Shown: positions 30,501 to 38,919, counted from the first letter of the stretch. The stretch: 64,000 nt of DNA from an uncultured delta proteobacterium (GCA_963787125.1 CAWBBV010000001.1:32001-96000); one strand, 5' to 3'. Program-made: numbers and translations. Notes: generated by a model from the sequence alone, not told the origin.

Positions 30501-32091
30501 TCGTGCCGGTGGATGTGATGCTTGTTGCCGTGCCGGTAGTGGCAGTAGGAGGATTCGTGGTAGTCACTGATACGGTGTTGGTGTAGTACGTATGATGCAA
30601 GCCGCTGTACCCGCGAACCCGGTAATAATAAGTCGTTCCTGCGCTGAGCCCTGTCACGGAGTAGGTAAGCAGATTCCCCACATCCAGACCCCGATACCCG
30701 GTAACCATGGCTGTAAACGCTGTATCAGTGGCCACATCCAGCAAGTACCCGGTTGCGCCGGTCACTGTGTTCCAGTTGGCACTGAACCCGCTTCCGGTTA
30801 TGCCCGAGGCGGCTGTGGCCACCGGCAATGTCCCCAGGTATTCGGTGGCGCCTTTTTCGGACGTCGCACCGGCGCGTAGATAGCCGCGCCCATCCACAAA
30901 CACACTGCCGTTGCTACTAACCGGGTTAATCGCCAGGCTGCCTGCATTGGGCAAATGAGATGAGACATACCCGCCGTTTCCGACCAGGTTGGCCAGGCTG
31001 GCGTTTTGCGGGAACCCTTCGGTTCCCCGTACGTCGCCGGTGCCCCAGGTATAATAGGCGTCATTACTTCCTACGGAACCGATCAGATTGTAGCCGCCGG
31101 ATATAAACGTAAAAGTGATTCCTCCTGAATAGAGACCGGTTGGGTCAAAATAAATATCCGAATCTCCTCCGCCCGTGGTTGCAACGTTCCCGGCCACCAC
31201 CGTATTTTTCAGCGTAAAAGTGCCGCCCGGCGTCGGAATGCCTGAATTATTATACACCGAGAGCCCTGCTTCCCAGGAATTGCTGCCATTAGTGGAATAA
31301 TTCTTGGTAATGGTGCAATTGATCACGTTGAAGCTGCTGTTGCCAAAATGGGCAACCACGCCCTGATTGTCCGAAGTGTTACCCGAAAAGGTACAGCCTT
31401 CCAGGGTTACGACTTTCCCAACGGAACGTTCATGCAATGCACCTCCCTGGTAAGCCGAATTACCTTCAAACGTACTGTCCACTACGGTCAGGGTGCCCAG
31501 GTTATCAATGGCCCCGCCGTACCCCTGTCCAGGAGGGAGATTAGGACCCATAGGTACTGAATTCTGGTAAAAATAGGAACGCAGAACTGTGAGGGTGGCT
31601 GTTGCTGCCACACTAATGCCTCCTCCGTAGGTACTACTCATTGAGTGATTGAGCGAACAATTGTTGATCTTGCAGCGGTCCAGGGTCAAATTGGCTAATC
31701 CGCCCAGGCGAATTCCTGCTCCGGTCTCCGAAGCCACGGCGCTCCGTCCGTTGCTGATGGTAAGGTCAGAAATGGTGATTGTCCCGGCAGTAATGTCAAA
31801 CACGCGCACCGCATTGTTACCGTTAATAGTAAGGCTGGCAACGCCCGGACCTTTGATGGAAAGGTTTTTAGCGATGGATAACGTTGAGGAGAGGGTAATG
31901 GTTGCCGGATAGGTGAGGTTGAACACAACCGTATCACCCGCCGTAGCATTGGTGATGGCTAGACGCAGACTGCCCGCACCGGAATCTGCCGTAGAGGAGA
32001 CCGTTTGGGTTGCCGAAAAAGCAGGAAGAGCGAGCCCTCCCAAGAGCATACTGACCATTAGACTCAATTTAACCCATTTCAGCAGATTCAT
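27508..32091 (-). CDS. Large Ser/Thr/Gly-rich surface adhesin (beta-helix/choice-of-anchor-Q-like, FN3, cadherin-like, IPT/TIG, Ig, ASH domains)
   Basis: GAGGGG RBS, ATG 32091, Sec signal; DSGAGSLR.AI, F.GN.A..GGA repeats, FN3 (GLSAGTTYYYRVR), cadherin (PTDI.LS...DEN...DPD...NYE), three IPT/TIG repeats. Confidence 0.88.
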   Translation of the reverse strand: MNLLKWVKLSLMVSMLLGGLALPAFSATQTVSSTADSGAGSLRLAITNATAGDTVVFNLTYPATITLSSTLSIAKNLSIKGPGVASLTINGNNAVRVFDITAGTITISDLTISNGRSAVASETGAGIRLGGLANLTLDRCKINNCSLNHSMSSTYGGGISVAATATLTVLRSYFYQNSVPMGPNLPPGQGYGGAIDNLGTLTVVDSTFEGNSAYQGGALHERSVGKVVTLEGCTFSGNTSDNQGVVAHFGNSSFNVINCTITKNYSTNGSNSWEAGLSVYNNSGIPTPGGTFTLKNTVVAGNVATTGGGDSDIYFDPTGLYSGGITFTFISGGYNLIGSVGSNDAYYTWGTGDVRGTEGFPQNASLANLVGNGGYVSSHLPNAGSLAINPVSSNGSVFVDGRGYLRAGATSEKGATEYLGTLPVATAASGITGSGFSANWNTVTGATGYLLDVATDTAFTAMVTGYRGLDVGNLLTYSVTGLSAGTTYYYRVRGYSGLHHTYYTNTVSVTTTNPPTATTGTATSITSTGTTLNGTVNANGYSSTVTFDYGLTTGYGSSITASQSPVSGASNTAVSAAVSGLTCNTTYHFRAKGISTGGTSNGSDATFTTGACNAAPTDIALSASSIDENVIANTTVGTLSTTDPDGGTFSYTLVSGAGSTDNASFNISGSSLRITSSPNYEVKNSYSVRIRSTDQSGLYFEKPFAIAINDLLETPVIFSISQPSGPAAGGTSVTLTGTSFTGTTGVTFGGAAATNVIVVSDTQITLSTPAGTGSNNSVVVKSPGGFSSGTTLFTYIPAPTVSSILPASGSPLGGTTVTISGTDFTGATSVTIGGSAAAGITVVNATTITATTPVGTLGVRDVAVTTPGGTGTGAGLFTYNSTPTDISFSASSIDENVAANSTVGTLSTTDPDAGNTFTYTLVSGTGSTDNASFNISVDNLRITNSPNYEVKSSYSVRVRSTDQGGLYFEKAFTITINDLTEVPVITGISPSSGTAAGGTSVTITGTSFTGTTGVTIGGAAASNVVVVSDSQITLTTPAGTGPNNSVVVTSPGGISSEMIMFTYIPVPTVTTDAVSGVTTSAATMNGTVNANNADSTVCFEYGATASYGSGCIAASPATVSGVTNTPVSLAVSGLTALTTYHFRAVASSLSGTTNGADQTFTTAAALAAPAITSANSASWNYGVGSSFTVNATGNPTAALKRTGALPAGVSFHDNGNGTATISGTPNVSGSFAIFIIATNSQGNANQSFTMTVAAAANISSLSALDTAIAVSPDRHLFGVVAQGSCSGEIPFTVTNRSAASVTFGTVGKGGNDAAEYTISGDNCSSQAVAAGASCTVGVKFCPGAATQGSKSAQLEIPHDGMTVTAFLYNHETLQEEAARRIPSVLSALNIPTTIQPGQQYTITWSLLGYDDDYLSRIALFNCAGVPAGTCGDSFASNFSDSGNLPAVSTNASSWSYNGVTSNQFNYSYTFTAPASATDMVIRFYRKTAADDAAGKGSLSLLIPGNLLQSGTEYYDLSGRRLKHAVAP
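28897..30249 (-). repeat. Internal duplication of cadherin-like + IPT module in adhesin gene
   Basis: Copies at ~29701-30249 and ~28897-29448 with long identical DNA runs. Confidence 0.85.
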
Positions 32092-32239
32092 TTTCCCCTC
32101 CGGATTTTCCGAATACGTCTGGTCACCGATATCTTCCTGACTGACCGTGTAATGCCTTGAATTAGTTAGGTTTAATTTCATGAGACAGAGGCGTCTGAAG
32201 GGGGTAGAGAAGAGATCTCTCCCTCCAGACAGAAATCAC

Positions 32240-32794
32240 CTACGACCTTGTTGGATATATTCCCATAACCGCAATACAGAGCAGCACCGGCAGATAGGGC
32301 TGCATGTTGTCATGTGGAACCGGTCCGGTTGCTGTTCCCGCCTGCTGCACAGCATCGGCGGCCAGTTGAGTACTGTTCGGTTGTGCCTGATAGCTGCTCG
32401 TCGGGGTGAACACCCTTCCTGACTGATTTCCCCCTTTGGAAAAATAGCTGTTCGCCACCGTCGCCAGACTGGCATTGGCAGTTGAAACCGCATTCAAGCC
32501 ATGACTATGGGGTGGGAAATTGCTTCCCGTCAAAGAAACCGAGGCGGTGCCGACAACATTGCCCCAGTTTCGCGGGGTCAGCCCCGGCCCTGTGCCGACG
32601 TCCATGGGTGCTCGCCCCGACAGGTTCGGCAGGCAGAAGTTAATCTTGCCGTCACCGCCAAAGGCGACCCCCAAAAGGGAATAGAGCGCCGAGTTCTGCT
32701 GGATCTGCATAATCTGGCCGTCGCAGGTCGCCCAACCTAATGGGGCATAGTTAAAGGCAAAAGCCCGTATTTCTCCGATAAATGGATCAGCCAT
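32240..32794 (-). CDS. Phage tail-collar domain protein (microcystin-dependent-protein-like), paralog 3
   Basis: PFIGEIRAFAFNYAP.GW..CDG...LYSLLG..FGGDG...F.LPNL.GR; HSH; HDNMQP; ends PTRS. Confidence 0.9.
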   Translation of the reverse strand: MADPFIGEIRAFAFNYAPLGWATCDGQIMQIQQNSALYSLLGVAFGGDGKINFCLPNLSGRAPMDVGTGPGLTPRNWGNVVGTASVSLTGSNFPPHSHGLNAVSTANASLATVANSYFSKGGNQSGRVFTPTSSYQAQPNSTQLAADAVQQAGTATGPVPHDNMQPYLPVLLCIAVMGIYPTRS

Positions 32795-32812
32795 GTCAAA
32801 TTCTCCTTGTGA

Positions 32813-33331
32813 TCAAGATCTTGAGGGCCAGAGGCCGGTCAGGGCAATGCAGAAGTTGATGGTTAATGATGGCTGCATGTTGTTGTGCCCGGCAGAGCCC
32901 CCCGCTGGCGAGAGAGCCCCGGCTGCCATGGTTGCTGCCGGTGACGCCTTTGCTGTTGCGTAGGTGGTTTTGCCCGTATCTGCCACAGCTGCCAGAACAG
33001 CCCCCTGGGGCATATTGTTGCCACCGGCAAGGGAGTTGGCCATCAGGGCATGGGTATGGGTCGGCAGTTGGGAGGTTGCCGACAGGGCAACGGCCTCGGC
33101 TCCGCCCGGTTTCCCTTCAAGGTAGGTAGCGTTGGCATGGAGCAGAGTCCGCCCGCGGAAGTCGGGGAGCTTGAAATTTGCTATGCCGTCGCCGCCGTAG
33201 GTGGTGCCGATCAGGGAGAAGAGTGCATTGTTCTGACTGATCGATAAGGTCTGCCCGTCACAGGTTGACCAGTACTGGGGGGCAAAGTTGAAACTGAACA
33301 GCCTGATTTCACCGATAAATGGTTCTGCCAT
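32813..33331 (-). CDS. Phage tail-collar domain protein, paralog 2
   Basis: PFIGEIRLFSFNFAP, ALFSLIGTTYGGDG, LPDFRGR, HTH, HNNMQPSL; ATG 33331 with AGGAG RBS. Confidence 0.9.
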   Translation of the reverse strand: MAEPFIGEIRLFSFNFAPQYWSTCDGQTLSISQNNALFSLIGTTYGGDGIANFKLPDFRGRTLLHANATYLEGKPGGAEAVALSATSQLPTHTHALMANSLAGGNNMPQGAVLAAVADTGKTTYATAKASPAATMAAGALSPAGGSAGHNNMQPSLTINFCIALTGLWPSRS

Positions 33332-33350
33332 AAAGTTCTCCTTTTTATCC

Positions 33351-33872
33351 CTAGGATCTTGTGGGGAAATAGCCGTTTGTGGCAATGATGAAGCTTATAC
33401 ACTGGGCCGGCATCAGATTGGAGTGGGGCTGGGCCGGAGTAGGTGGTGAAGATCCCACCGATGCCTGATTCATGAGGCTGTCCGGAGCTGCTGCCGAATA
33501 GAGATTGAAACCGCTGCTGTCTCCAGGGTAGTTCCCCCCGGGAGCCGCGACTGTCCCCGGGCCGCCAGCGCTGATTGCGTGGCTGTGGGCAGGAGTATGG
33601 ACAACTTGCAGGGTTTCGTTCTCCGTGCCGAATGAGTTGCCGATGGTTCTTGGTGTCAGCCCGGTTCCAGTCCCCATGTGCACCGGAACGCGCCCCCTCA
33701 GATCCGGCAGATTGAAGTTGGTTGTCCCGTTTCCACCGTAGGTTGTGCCGATTGCTGCAAATAGCACATCGTACTGACTGATCTGCAAGAGGCTGCCATC
33801 GCAGAAAGCCCAGTCCATGGGGGCGAAATTCCCCCCGAACATCCGTATTTCACCTACAAATTGATCACTCAT
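33351..33872 (-). CDS. Phage tail-collar domain protein, paralog 1
   Basis: FVGEIRMFGGNFAP, IGTTYGGNG, LPDLRGRVP, HSH, HSNLMP; ends PTRS. Confidence 0.9.
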   Translation of the reverse strand: MSDQFVGEIRMFGGNFAPMDWAFCDGSLLQISQYDVLFAAIGTTYGGNGTTNFNLPDLRGRVPVHMGTGTGLTPRTIGNSFGTENETLQVVHTPAHSHAISAGGPGTVAAPGGNYPGDSSGFNLYSAAAPDSLMNQASVGSSPPTPAQPHSNLMPAQCISFIIATNGYFPTRS

Positions 33873-33949
33873 CGTTTTCCTCCTTTTTGTTGGAAAATCA
33901 AATTCGCTTCACCGGCTGTTCACTGCTCCTTCCCTGCCATTTACGATGA

Positions 33950-34246
33950 TTACCCCCGAGGCGCGCTGAATACCGCCTGGTAATAGACCGCATCACTTCT
34001 GCCGGTATGGACCGGGCCGATAAACAGCTCCATCTCCCCCATGACAGGGTGCTTTACAAGGTGCGTGTCGTGCCAGAATACGGGGTTTTCGCAACTCCTG
34101 AAGAGCAGTGAAAAGGCGCTGAGCGAGCTAGAGCTCATATCCTTTACTTCGGCCAGTTCCATTGTTACCGGCTCCATACCTGCCGCTGCCACCTGAAATG
34201 CTGTCGTGATATGTGGCTCGAAATCTTCTATTTTGAAACCTGCCAT
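33950..34246 (-). CDS. DUF6916-like small protein
   Basis: FSLLF...HP.MG...LF..P......YQAVF pattern recalled for the small protein accompanying tail-collar triplets. Confidence 0.7.
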   Translation of the reverse strand: MAGFKIEDFEPHITTAFQVAAAGMEPVTMELAEVKDMSSSSLSAFSLLFRSCENPVFWHDTHLVKHPVMGEMELFIGPVHTGRSDAVYYQAVFSAPRG

Positions 34247-34278
34247 GCTTTTATCCTCTCCTTGAAAATTGATCGGTG

Positions 34279-34827
34279 TCAGGCTGCATCCAGATTTGCA
34301 GCTGGCGGCCGCACCATGAAATAATAGACTTCCTTGTCTTCGCTGATCCGGAAACCGAGTCGCTGGTAGTAATCGAGCACCGGGTTGTTCTTCTCCACAT
34401 GGAGGCTGACCGGTATGCCGACACTGTCTGCCTCCTTCAGCAGGGCTTTCAGGAGCGCACTGGCAATGCCACGGCGCCGGAATTCAGGGAGCAGGGCGAC
34501 GTCAATCAGCCGGTAATCGTCAATATTGCGATTAACATAGAATCGCCCGGCCGGAACTCCATTCTCCATGATCATGTCAAAGCTGGGGTTTTGGTAATTG
34601 ACCATGTACTGGTTGTGCTGGAGGTTGAACTGCATCCGCAGAAACTGCTGCCACTGCTCTTCCGGCCAGTTGACCAGCTCCTTCTCTTCGGTACGGGTGG
34701 AAGCATAGAGCCTGAAGAGGAACTCCAGATCTCCATCGGTAATTAGACGTAGGCTGATAATGGCATTCCCGGATTCAGAAGATGATCTCTTTGCCTGTTG
34801 TATTGTCGTGTCCATACGTTCAGTCAT
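34279..34827 (-). CDS. GNAT family acetyltransferase
   Basis: DVALLPEFRRRGIAS acetyl-CoA motif, LHVEKNNP...YQRLGF; LYASTR.EE N-terminus; start may be 34815. Confidence 0.9.
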   Translation of the reverse strand: MTERMDTTIQQAKRSSSESGNAIISLRLITDGDLEFLFRLYASTRTEEKELVNWPEEQWQQFLRMQFNLQHNQYMVNYQNPSFDMIMENGVPAGRFYVNRNIDDYRLIDVALLPEFRRRGIASALLKALLKEADSVGIPVSLHVEKNNPVLDYYQRLGFRISEDKEVYYFMVRPPAANLDAA

Positions 34828-34844
34828 TAGCGTTAAGTCACAAA

Positions 34845-35195
34845 TCAGCTTTTAGGTAGTATGAAAGAAGGAAGGACGAGTTGACTGAACGACCCGTTTC
34901 CGCTCAGTTCAGCCTGCCCCAGCCAGTTGATGTTGACATTGATCTGGCCGCCACCCTCATATCGGAAAACCACCTCTTCACCATGGAAGCTGATCAGTAC
35001 CCCCCACGTTGCCTTACTGAACCCGCCGATCTGTTTATCCCCGATATCCTGGAAATTAATTTCAGTAAGGCCGGGAATGCTGATGATTCCGTTGCCAAGA
35101 GCCTCCGGCCAGGTTATGGATTGTCCGGGATCCAGAATCTCTTCCAGCACGGTGATCCTTTTGTAGTAACTGTTCTTGACGGTCAGATTCCACAT
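34845..35195 (-). CDS. Hypothetical protein (beta-rich, 116 aa)
   Basis: AAGGAG RBS, co-oriented in gene run; no motif recognised. Confidence 0.65.
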   Translation of the reverse strand: MWNLTVKNSYYKRITVLEEILDPGQSITWPEALGNGIISIPGLTEINFQDIGDKQIGGFSKATWGVLISFHGEEVVFRYEGGGQINVNINWLGQAELSGNGSFSQLVLPSFILPKS

Positions 35196-35242
35196 AGCTT
35201 TCTCCTTGGTTACTTTTGTATTTACGTTGCCGTTTGACGGTT

Positions 35243-36058
35243 TTAAATATCAGAATACTTTTCCGGGAACCGCTCTCGCCGCAGCCGCGCAACCATGGCT
35301 ATCATCTGCGGGTAGTCGAACTCATCAGGCATCAGCAGCGGCAGGGCAATGTTTTCGCTAACTGTCTTATGTACGGCAACCTCCCATGCAAGGCTTGAAT
35401 AGTCCGTTTCCATAGACATGGCATGGATTGTCAGCTCCTGACCCCAGTAGTAGATCCGGTCGGCCTGCACATTGGCCTGCATGCGGCGCACCTCATCAAG
35501 GGTCTGGGGCTCCTCCAGGCAGCGCCAGATGTCGGCATAGAGGAAATTCACCGGTAGATCCGGCTGCCATTCAAGGGCATCGGCACGGATTATCCTGATC
35601 TTGCTGTTGATCTCTTCAGGCAGGCCGTCCCGCGCCCCGGAGAGCCCGAACAGTTCTATCACCTCCGGATCCCGCTCGATGATGGTCACCATAATCACCT
35701 TCGGATTGAGGGCCATGTTGATTGCCACCCACCCCATGCCGAGACCCATGACCACCGTATGCCCCGATGCATGGCGGCACCCCAGCTCCTGGCTCTCGAT
35801 CTCATGGGGGGAAAGTGACATCCAGGTTTCCCACTCTGCACCATTGCTGCCGCAGTCACGCATCAGCACCGGCATCCCTTGCACCATCCAGAGACCGCTG
35901 CAATAGCCGCGATCAAGGCAGAAGCCTGTTCTGGACAGACGCCATTTGCCGATGCTTCCTTCAATGTATGCGGGCATATAGTGGTCGGAGGTAAAGAGGG
36001 GGACGCCAAGCAATCCGGTCAGTTGATTCTGGTCAAAATCTGTTTTATCTCTAAGCAT
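35243..36058 (-). CDS. Class I SAM-dependent methyltransferase-like protein
   Basis: VVMGLGMGW motif I, VTIIERDPEVI acidic motif, ADAL, LYADIW. Confidence 0.7.
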   Translation of the reverse strand: MLRDKTDFDQNQLTGLLGVPLFTSDHYMPAYIEGSIGKWRLSRTGFCLDRGYCSGLWMVQGMPVLMRDCGSNGAEWETWMSLSPHEIESQELGCRHASGHTVVMGLGMGWVAINMALNPKVIMVTIIERDPEVIELFGLSGARDGLPEEINSKIRIIRADALEWQPDLPVNFLYADIWRCLEEPQTLDEVRRMQANVQADRIYYWGQELTIHAMSMETDYSSLAWEVAVHKTVSENIALPLLMPDEFDYPQMIAMVARLRRERFPEKYSDI

Positions 36059-36299
36059 TAGTTTTCATTTTCTACCAGGTAAGTCATTGTAATTGCGAAG
36101 CTGATACTTACCAAACTTTGGTTTGAAGTCAAGTATTTTTAATTGAGACTTGTTATTATTACATCTTCTGACATCTTATTTACCTGTATTTGCATAGATA
36201 AAAAATTTTGGGCCACTAAAATACGAATTTCAAAGCCTTAAACCATCCATTCGCGCTGCTCATAAAATCAAGAGCTGTCTCAATTTACCTATTGGGTAA

Positions 36300-36782
36300 T
36301 TAATTAGCCAGCCCGCTGCTCACAAGGTGACATGTGCTACACCCGTCAGAACTGGCAAAAACCCCGCTTTCCGTCCCGGCGTAGAGGGTGCCGTAGCCGT
36401 CGATCAGCAGTGACAAGATTTTTGTGTCTGCCAGACTGCCGCAGGCGCTCCAGCGACCGCCGCTGTCGCTGCCCTTGAAAACCCCGCTGCTGTAAACGGC
36501 AGCATAGAGATTTGCCGCACTCTTAACAATCGCTTTTACCCGGCTGTTCAGAGGCAGATTTGAACTTGCAGCTGTCCAGGCGCTGCTGTCGTCTTTCTTC
36601 CAGACCACATCGCCGTCAAAACCTGCATAAATACTGCTGACATCAATGAAAATCACCAGCGGCGGTTTTGTAGCATTTACTGTCAGCCCGGCATTGACTG
36701 GGCTCCATGAGTTACAGTCCCGAGTTGAGTAAATCCCCCCTTCGCTTCCAGCATAGAGATTGCCAACCGGAGCTATCTCCAC
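36300..36782 (-). pseudogene. 5'-truncated BNR/Asp-box beta-propeller fragment
   Basis: Repeated LYAG..GG.Y.S.D....W motifs; no signal peptide or RBS; ORF starts exactly at the direct-repeat junction. Confidence 0.7.
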
Positions 36783-36824
36783 GAAAATTAAAACGCTGTG
36801 GAGGCCAGGATAGATCTGGAGTAG
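36782..36824 (+). repeat. Direct repeat copy 2 (degenerate), right island boundary
   Basis: CGAAAATTAAAACGCTG-TGGAGGCCAGGATAGATCTGGAGTAG. Confidence 0.9.
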
Positions 36825-36850
36825 CTGTTCAGTATCTATTTTAAAAATCT

Positions 36851-36958
36851 TTAGCCACGGATGTCACGGATGGACACGGATAAAACCTTACAACTTTCTT
36901 AGTTTAAAAACTTTCTGGTTAGCCGTTATCCGTGGCCATCCGTGTAATCCGTGGCTAA
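36851..36958. repeat. Long inverted repeat made of 9-bp CACGGAT units
   Basis: Arms 36851-36883 and 36926-36958, 30/33 complementary, 42-bp AT-rich spacer. Confidence 0.9.
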
Positions 36959-36976
36959 CTGTTTGTCTTGATTAGC

Positions 36977-37462
36977 TTAGTAGATGAAAGGTATCAGGCG
37001 GCGGACACGGCGGGCGTAATCCTGGTAGCCGGGGAAAAGTTGCCCCAATAACTCCTCTTCTTTGCGGGATTTCAGGGTGAATAGCAGCAAGAGCAGCAGG
37101 GTATAGCCGAGGATCAGCCAACTGTGATTCAGTAATCCCCATCCGAATGCCATTTGGAGAATGCCGCTGTAGATCGGGTGGCGGACCAGGCGGTAGGCGC
37201 CATGCCCCAGAAGAACGCTCCCGGCTTTGGGGCAGATGAAAGGGGTGAGGTTGCGACCGAGATTAAAGCTGCCAGCTGCGGCCAGCAGGGTTCCGGTAAT
37301 CATCAGGCTTATACCGGCGTATCTGCCGATAATCCGCCAGCCGCTGCTCCAGGGGGGAAGAAAAGGGAGTGTCTGCGGCCCCAGGATTATCAGGGTAAAG
37401 AGGGCGAACTGACAAAGCACGAACAGCTCACCGCGGCTATTTTGCCACCAGGGGGGGCGGAT
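36977..37462 (-). CDS. Isoprenylcysteine carboxyl methyltransferase/PEMT family membrane protein
   Basis: LGRNLTP, GAYRLVRHPIYSG, EEELL...FPGY.DY; frame extends upstream of GTG 37420 to an ATC at 37462. Confidence 0.8.
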   Translation of the reverse strand: MRPPWWQNSRGELFVLCQFALFTLIILGPQTLPFLPPWSSGWRIIGRYAGISLMITGTLLAAAGSFNLGRNLTPFICPKAGSVLLGHGAYRLVRHPIYSGILQMAFGWGLLNHSWLILGYTLLLLLLFTLKSRKEEELLGQLFPGYQDYARRVRRLIPFIY

Positions 37463-37464
37463 AA

Positions 37465-38904
37465 TTACCCCTTCAGCTTTGCCAGCAGCAGCTCGTTGAC
37501 CACCGCCGGGTTGGCCTTCCCTTTGGAGGCGCGCATGACTTGCCCGACAAAAAAGACCAGAACCTTTTCCTTGCCGCCGCGGTACTCTTCCACCTGCCCC
37601 ATGTTGGCGGCCATGATCTCATCAATTATCGCTTCAATCGCTCCCGTATCCGAGACCTGGACCAGACCTTTTTCGGCAACAATCACCTCTGCTCTTTTGC
37701 CGCTCTGCCACATCTCATCGAAGACCGTTTTTGCCATCTTGACGGAGACCGTCCCTTTCTCTACCAGAGCAAGGAGTTCGGCCAGCAGCGCCGGTGCTAC
37801 CGGGCAGGCGGTTATCTCCTGGCTGTTGTCGTTCAGTCCGCGGGTCACCTCGCCCATAACCCAGTTGGCAGCGGCTTTCGGCTGGGAACCGGCGGCAAGG
37901 AGCGCTTCATAGTATTCCGCCAGCTCTCTGGTGGCGGTCAAAACCTCAGCGTCGTACAGGGAGAGGCCAAGCTCAGCCTGGTAGCGGCTGAATTTTGCTT
38001 CCGGCAGCTCCGGCAAGGAGAGTCTGGTGTCTTCTACCCAATCGTTGGAAATTACCAGCGGTACCAGATCGGGATCGGGGAAGTAACGGTAGTCGTGGGC
38101 ATCTTCTTTGCCGCGCATGGAGCGGGTTTTGCCGCTGTTGGGATCAAAGAGACGGGTCTCCTGGACAATTTTGCCGCCATCTTCAATCACCTCGATCTGG
38201 CGCTCAATCTCGTACTCAATCGCCTGTTTGACAAAGCGGAACGAGTTGACGTTCTTGGTTTCAGTTCTGGTGCCGAACTTGTCTGCGCCTGCGAGCATGA
38301 CCGAGACGTTGGCGTCACAGCGAAAGCTCCCCTCCTCCATGTTGCCGTCGCAGATGCCCAGGTAGACGACAATCTGGTGAAGTTTCTTTAAGTAGGCAAC
38401 CGCTTCATCGGCAGTTCTGATGTCCGGCTCGGAGACAATCTCCAGCAGCGGGGTACAGGCGCGGTTCAGGTCGACGCCGGAACCGTTCCCCAGTCCCGAC
38501 ACATCGCTATGGACGAGTTTGCCGGCGTCCTCTTCCATATGAATCCGGGTGATGCCGATCCGCTTGCCGATTCCGTTCACCTCGATATCCAGGTGGCCAT
38601 GCTCACAGATGGGGAGCTCGAACTGGCTGATCTGGTAACCTTTCGGCAGATCGGGATAGAAGTAGTTCTTCCGGGCAAAGACCGAGCGGGGGGCGATGGC
38701 GCAATTGGTTGCCAGTCCGGCCTTGATGGCGTACTCCACGACTTTCTTGTTCAGCACCGGCAGTGCCCCGGGCAGACCAAGGCAGACCGGACAGGTCTGT
38801 GAGTTGGGGCTGGCGCCGAACTCTGTTGAGCAGCCACAGAAAATCTTGGTGTTGGTTTTCAGCTGGACATGGACTTCAAGACCGATAACGGGTTGGTATT
38901 TCAT
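37465..38904 (-). CDS. gatB: Asp/Glu-tRNA amidotransferase subunit B
   Basis: [35 protein letters not shown]. Confidence 0.98.
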   Translation of the reverse strand: MKYQPVIGLEVHVQLKTNTKIFCGCSTEFGASPNSQTCPVCLGLPGALPVLNKKVVEYAIKAGLATNCAIAPRSVFARKNYFYPDLPKGYQISQFELPICEHGHLDIEVNGIGKRIGITRIHMEEDAGKLVHSDVSGLGNGSGVDLNRACTPLLEIVSEPDIRTADEAVAYLKKLHQIVVYLGICDGNMEEGSFRCDANVSVMLAGADKFGTRTETKNVNSFRFVKQAIEYEIERQIEVIEDGGKIVQETRLFDPNSGKTRSMRGKEDAHDYRYFPDPDLVPLVISNDWVEDTRLSLPELPEAKFSRYQAELGLSLYDAEVLTATRELAEYYEALLAAGSQPKAAANWVMGEVTRGLNDNSQEITACPVAPALLAELLALVEKGTVSVKMAKTVFDEMWQSGKRAEVIVAEKGLVQVSDTGAIEAIIDEIMAANMGQVEEYRGGKEKVLVFFVGQVMRASKGKANPAVVNELLLAKLKG

Positions 38905-38919
38905 ATGTTAACTCCGGAT

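Larger units (their letters stand above)
23616..36781. mobile_element. Putative genomic island without integrase
   Basis: Bounded by the 44-bp direct repeat; all genes on the minus strand; truncated gene at right junction. Confidence 0.6.

Noticed and set aside
32193..32230. Hairpin between last tail-collar gene and adhesin as terminator or riboswitch
   Set aside because: Imperfect stem with no U-tract and no recognisable aptamer; at most an mRNA stability element
32240..34246. Prophage or contractile injection system suggested by tail-collar genes
   Set aside because: No capsid, terminase, sheath, tube, baseplate, lysis or integrase genes recognised anywhere in the window
36060..36300. c-di-GMP (GEMM) riboswitch or defined promoter upstream of the island gene run
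   Set aside because: No GEMM signature seen on either strand; a TTGACT is present but lacks a convincing -10 box
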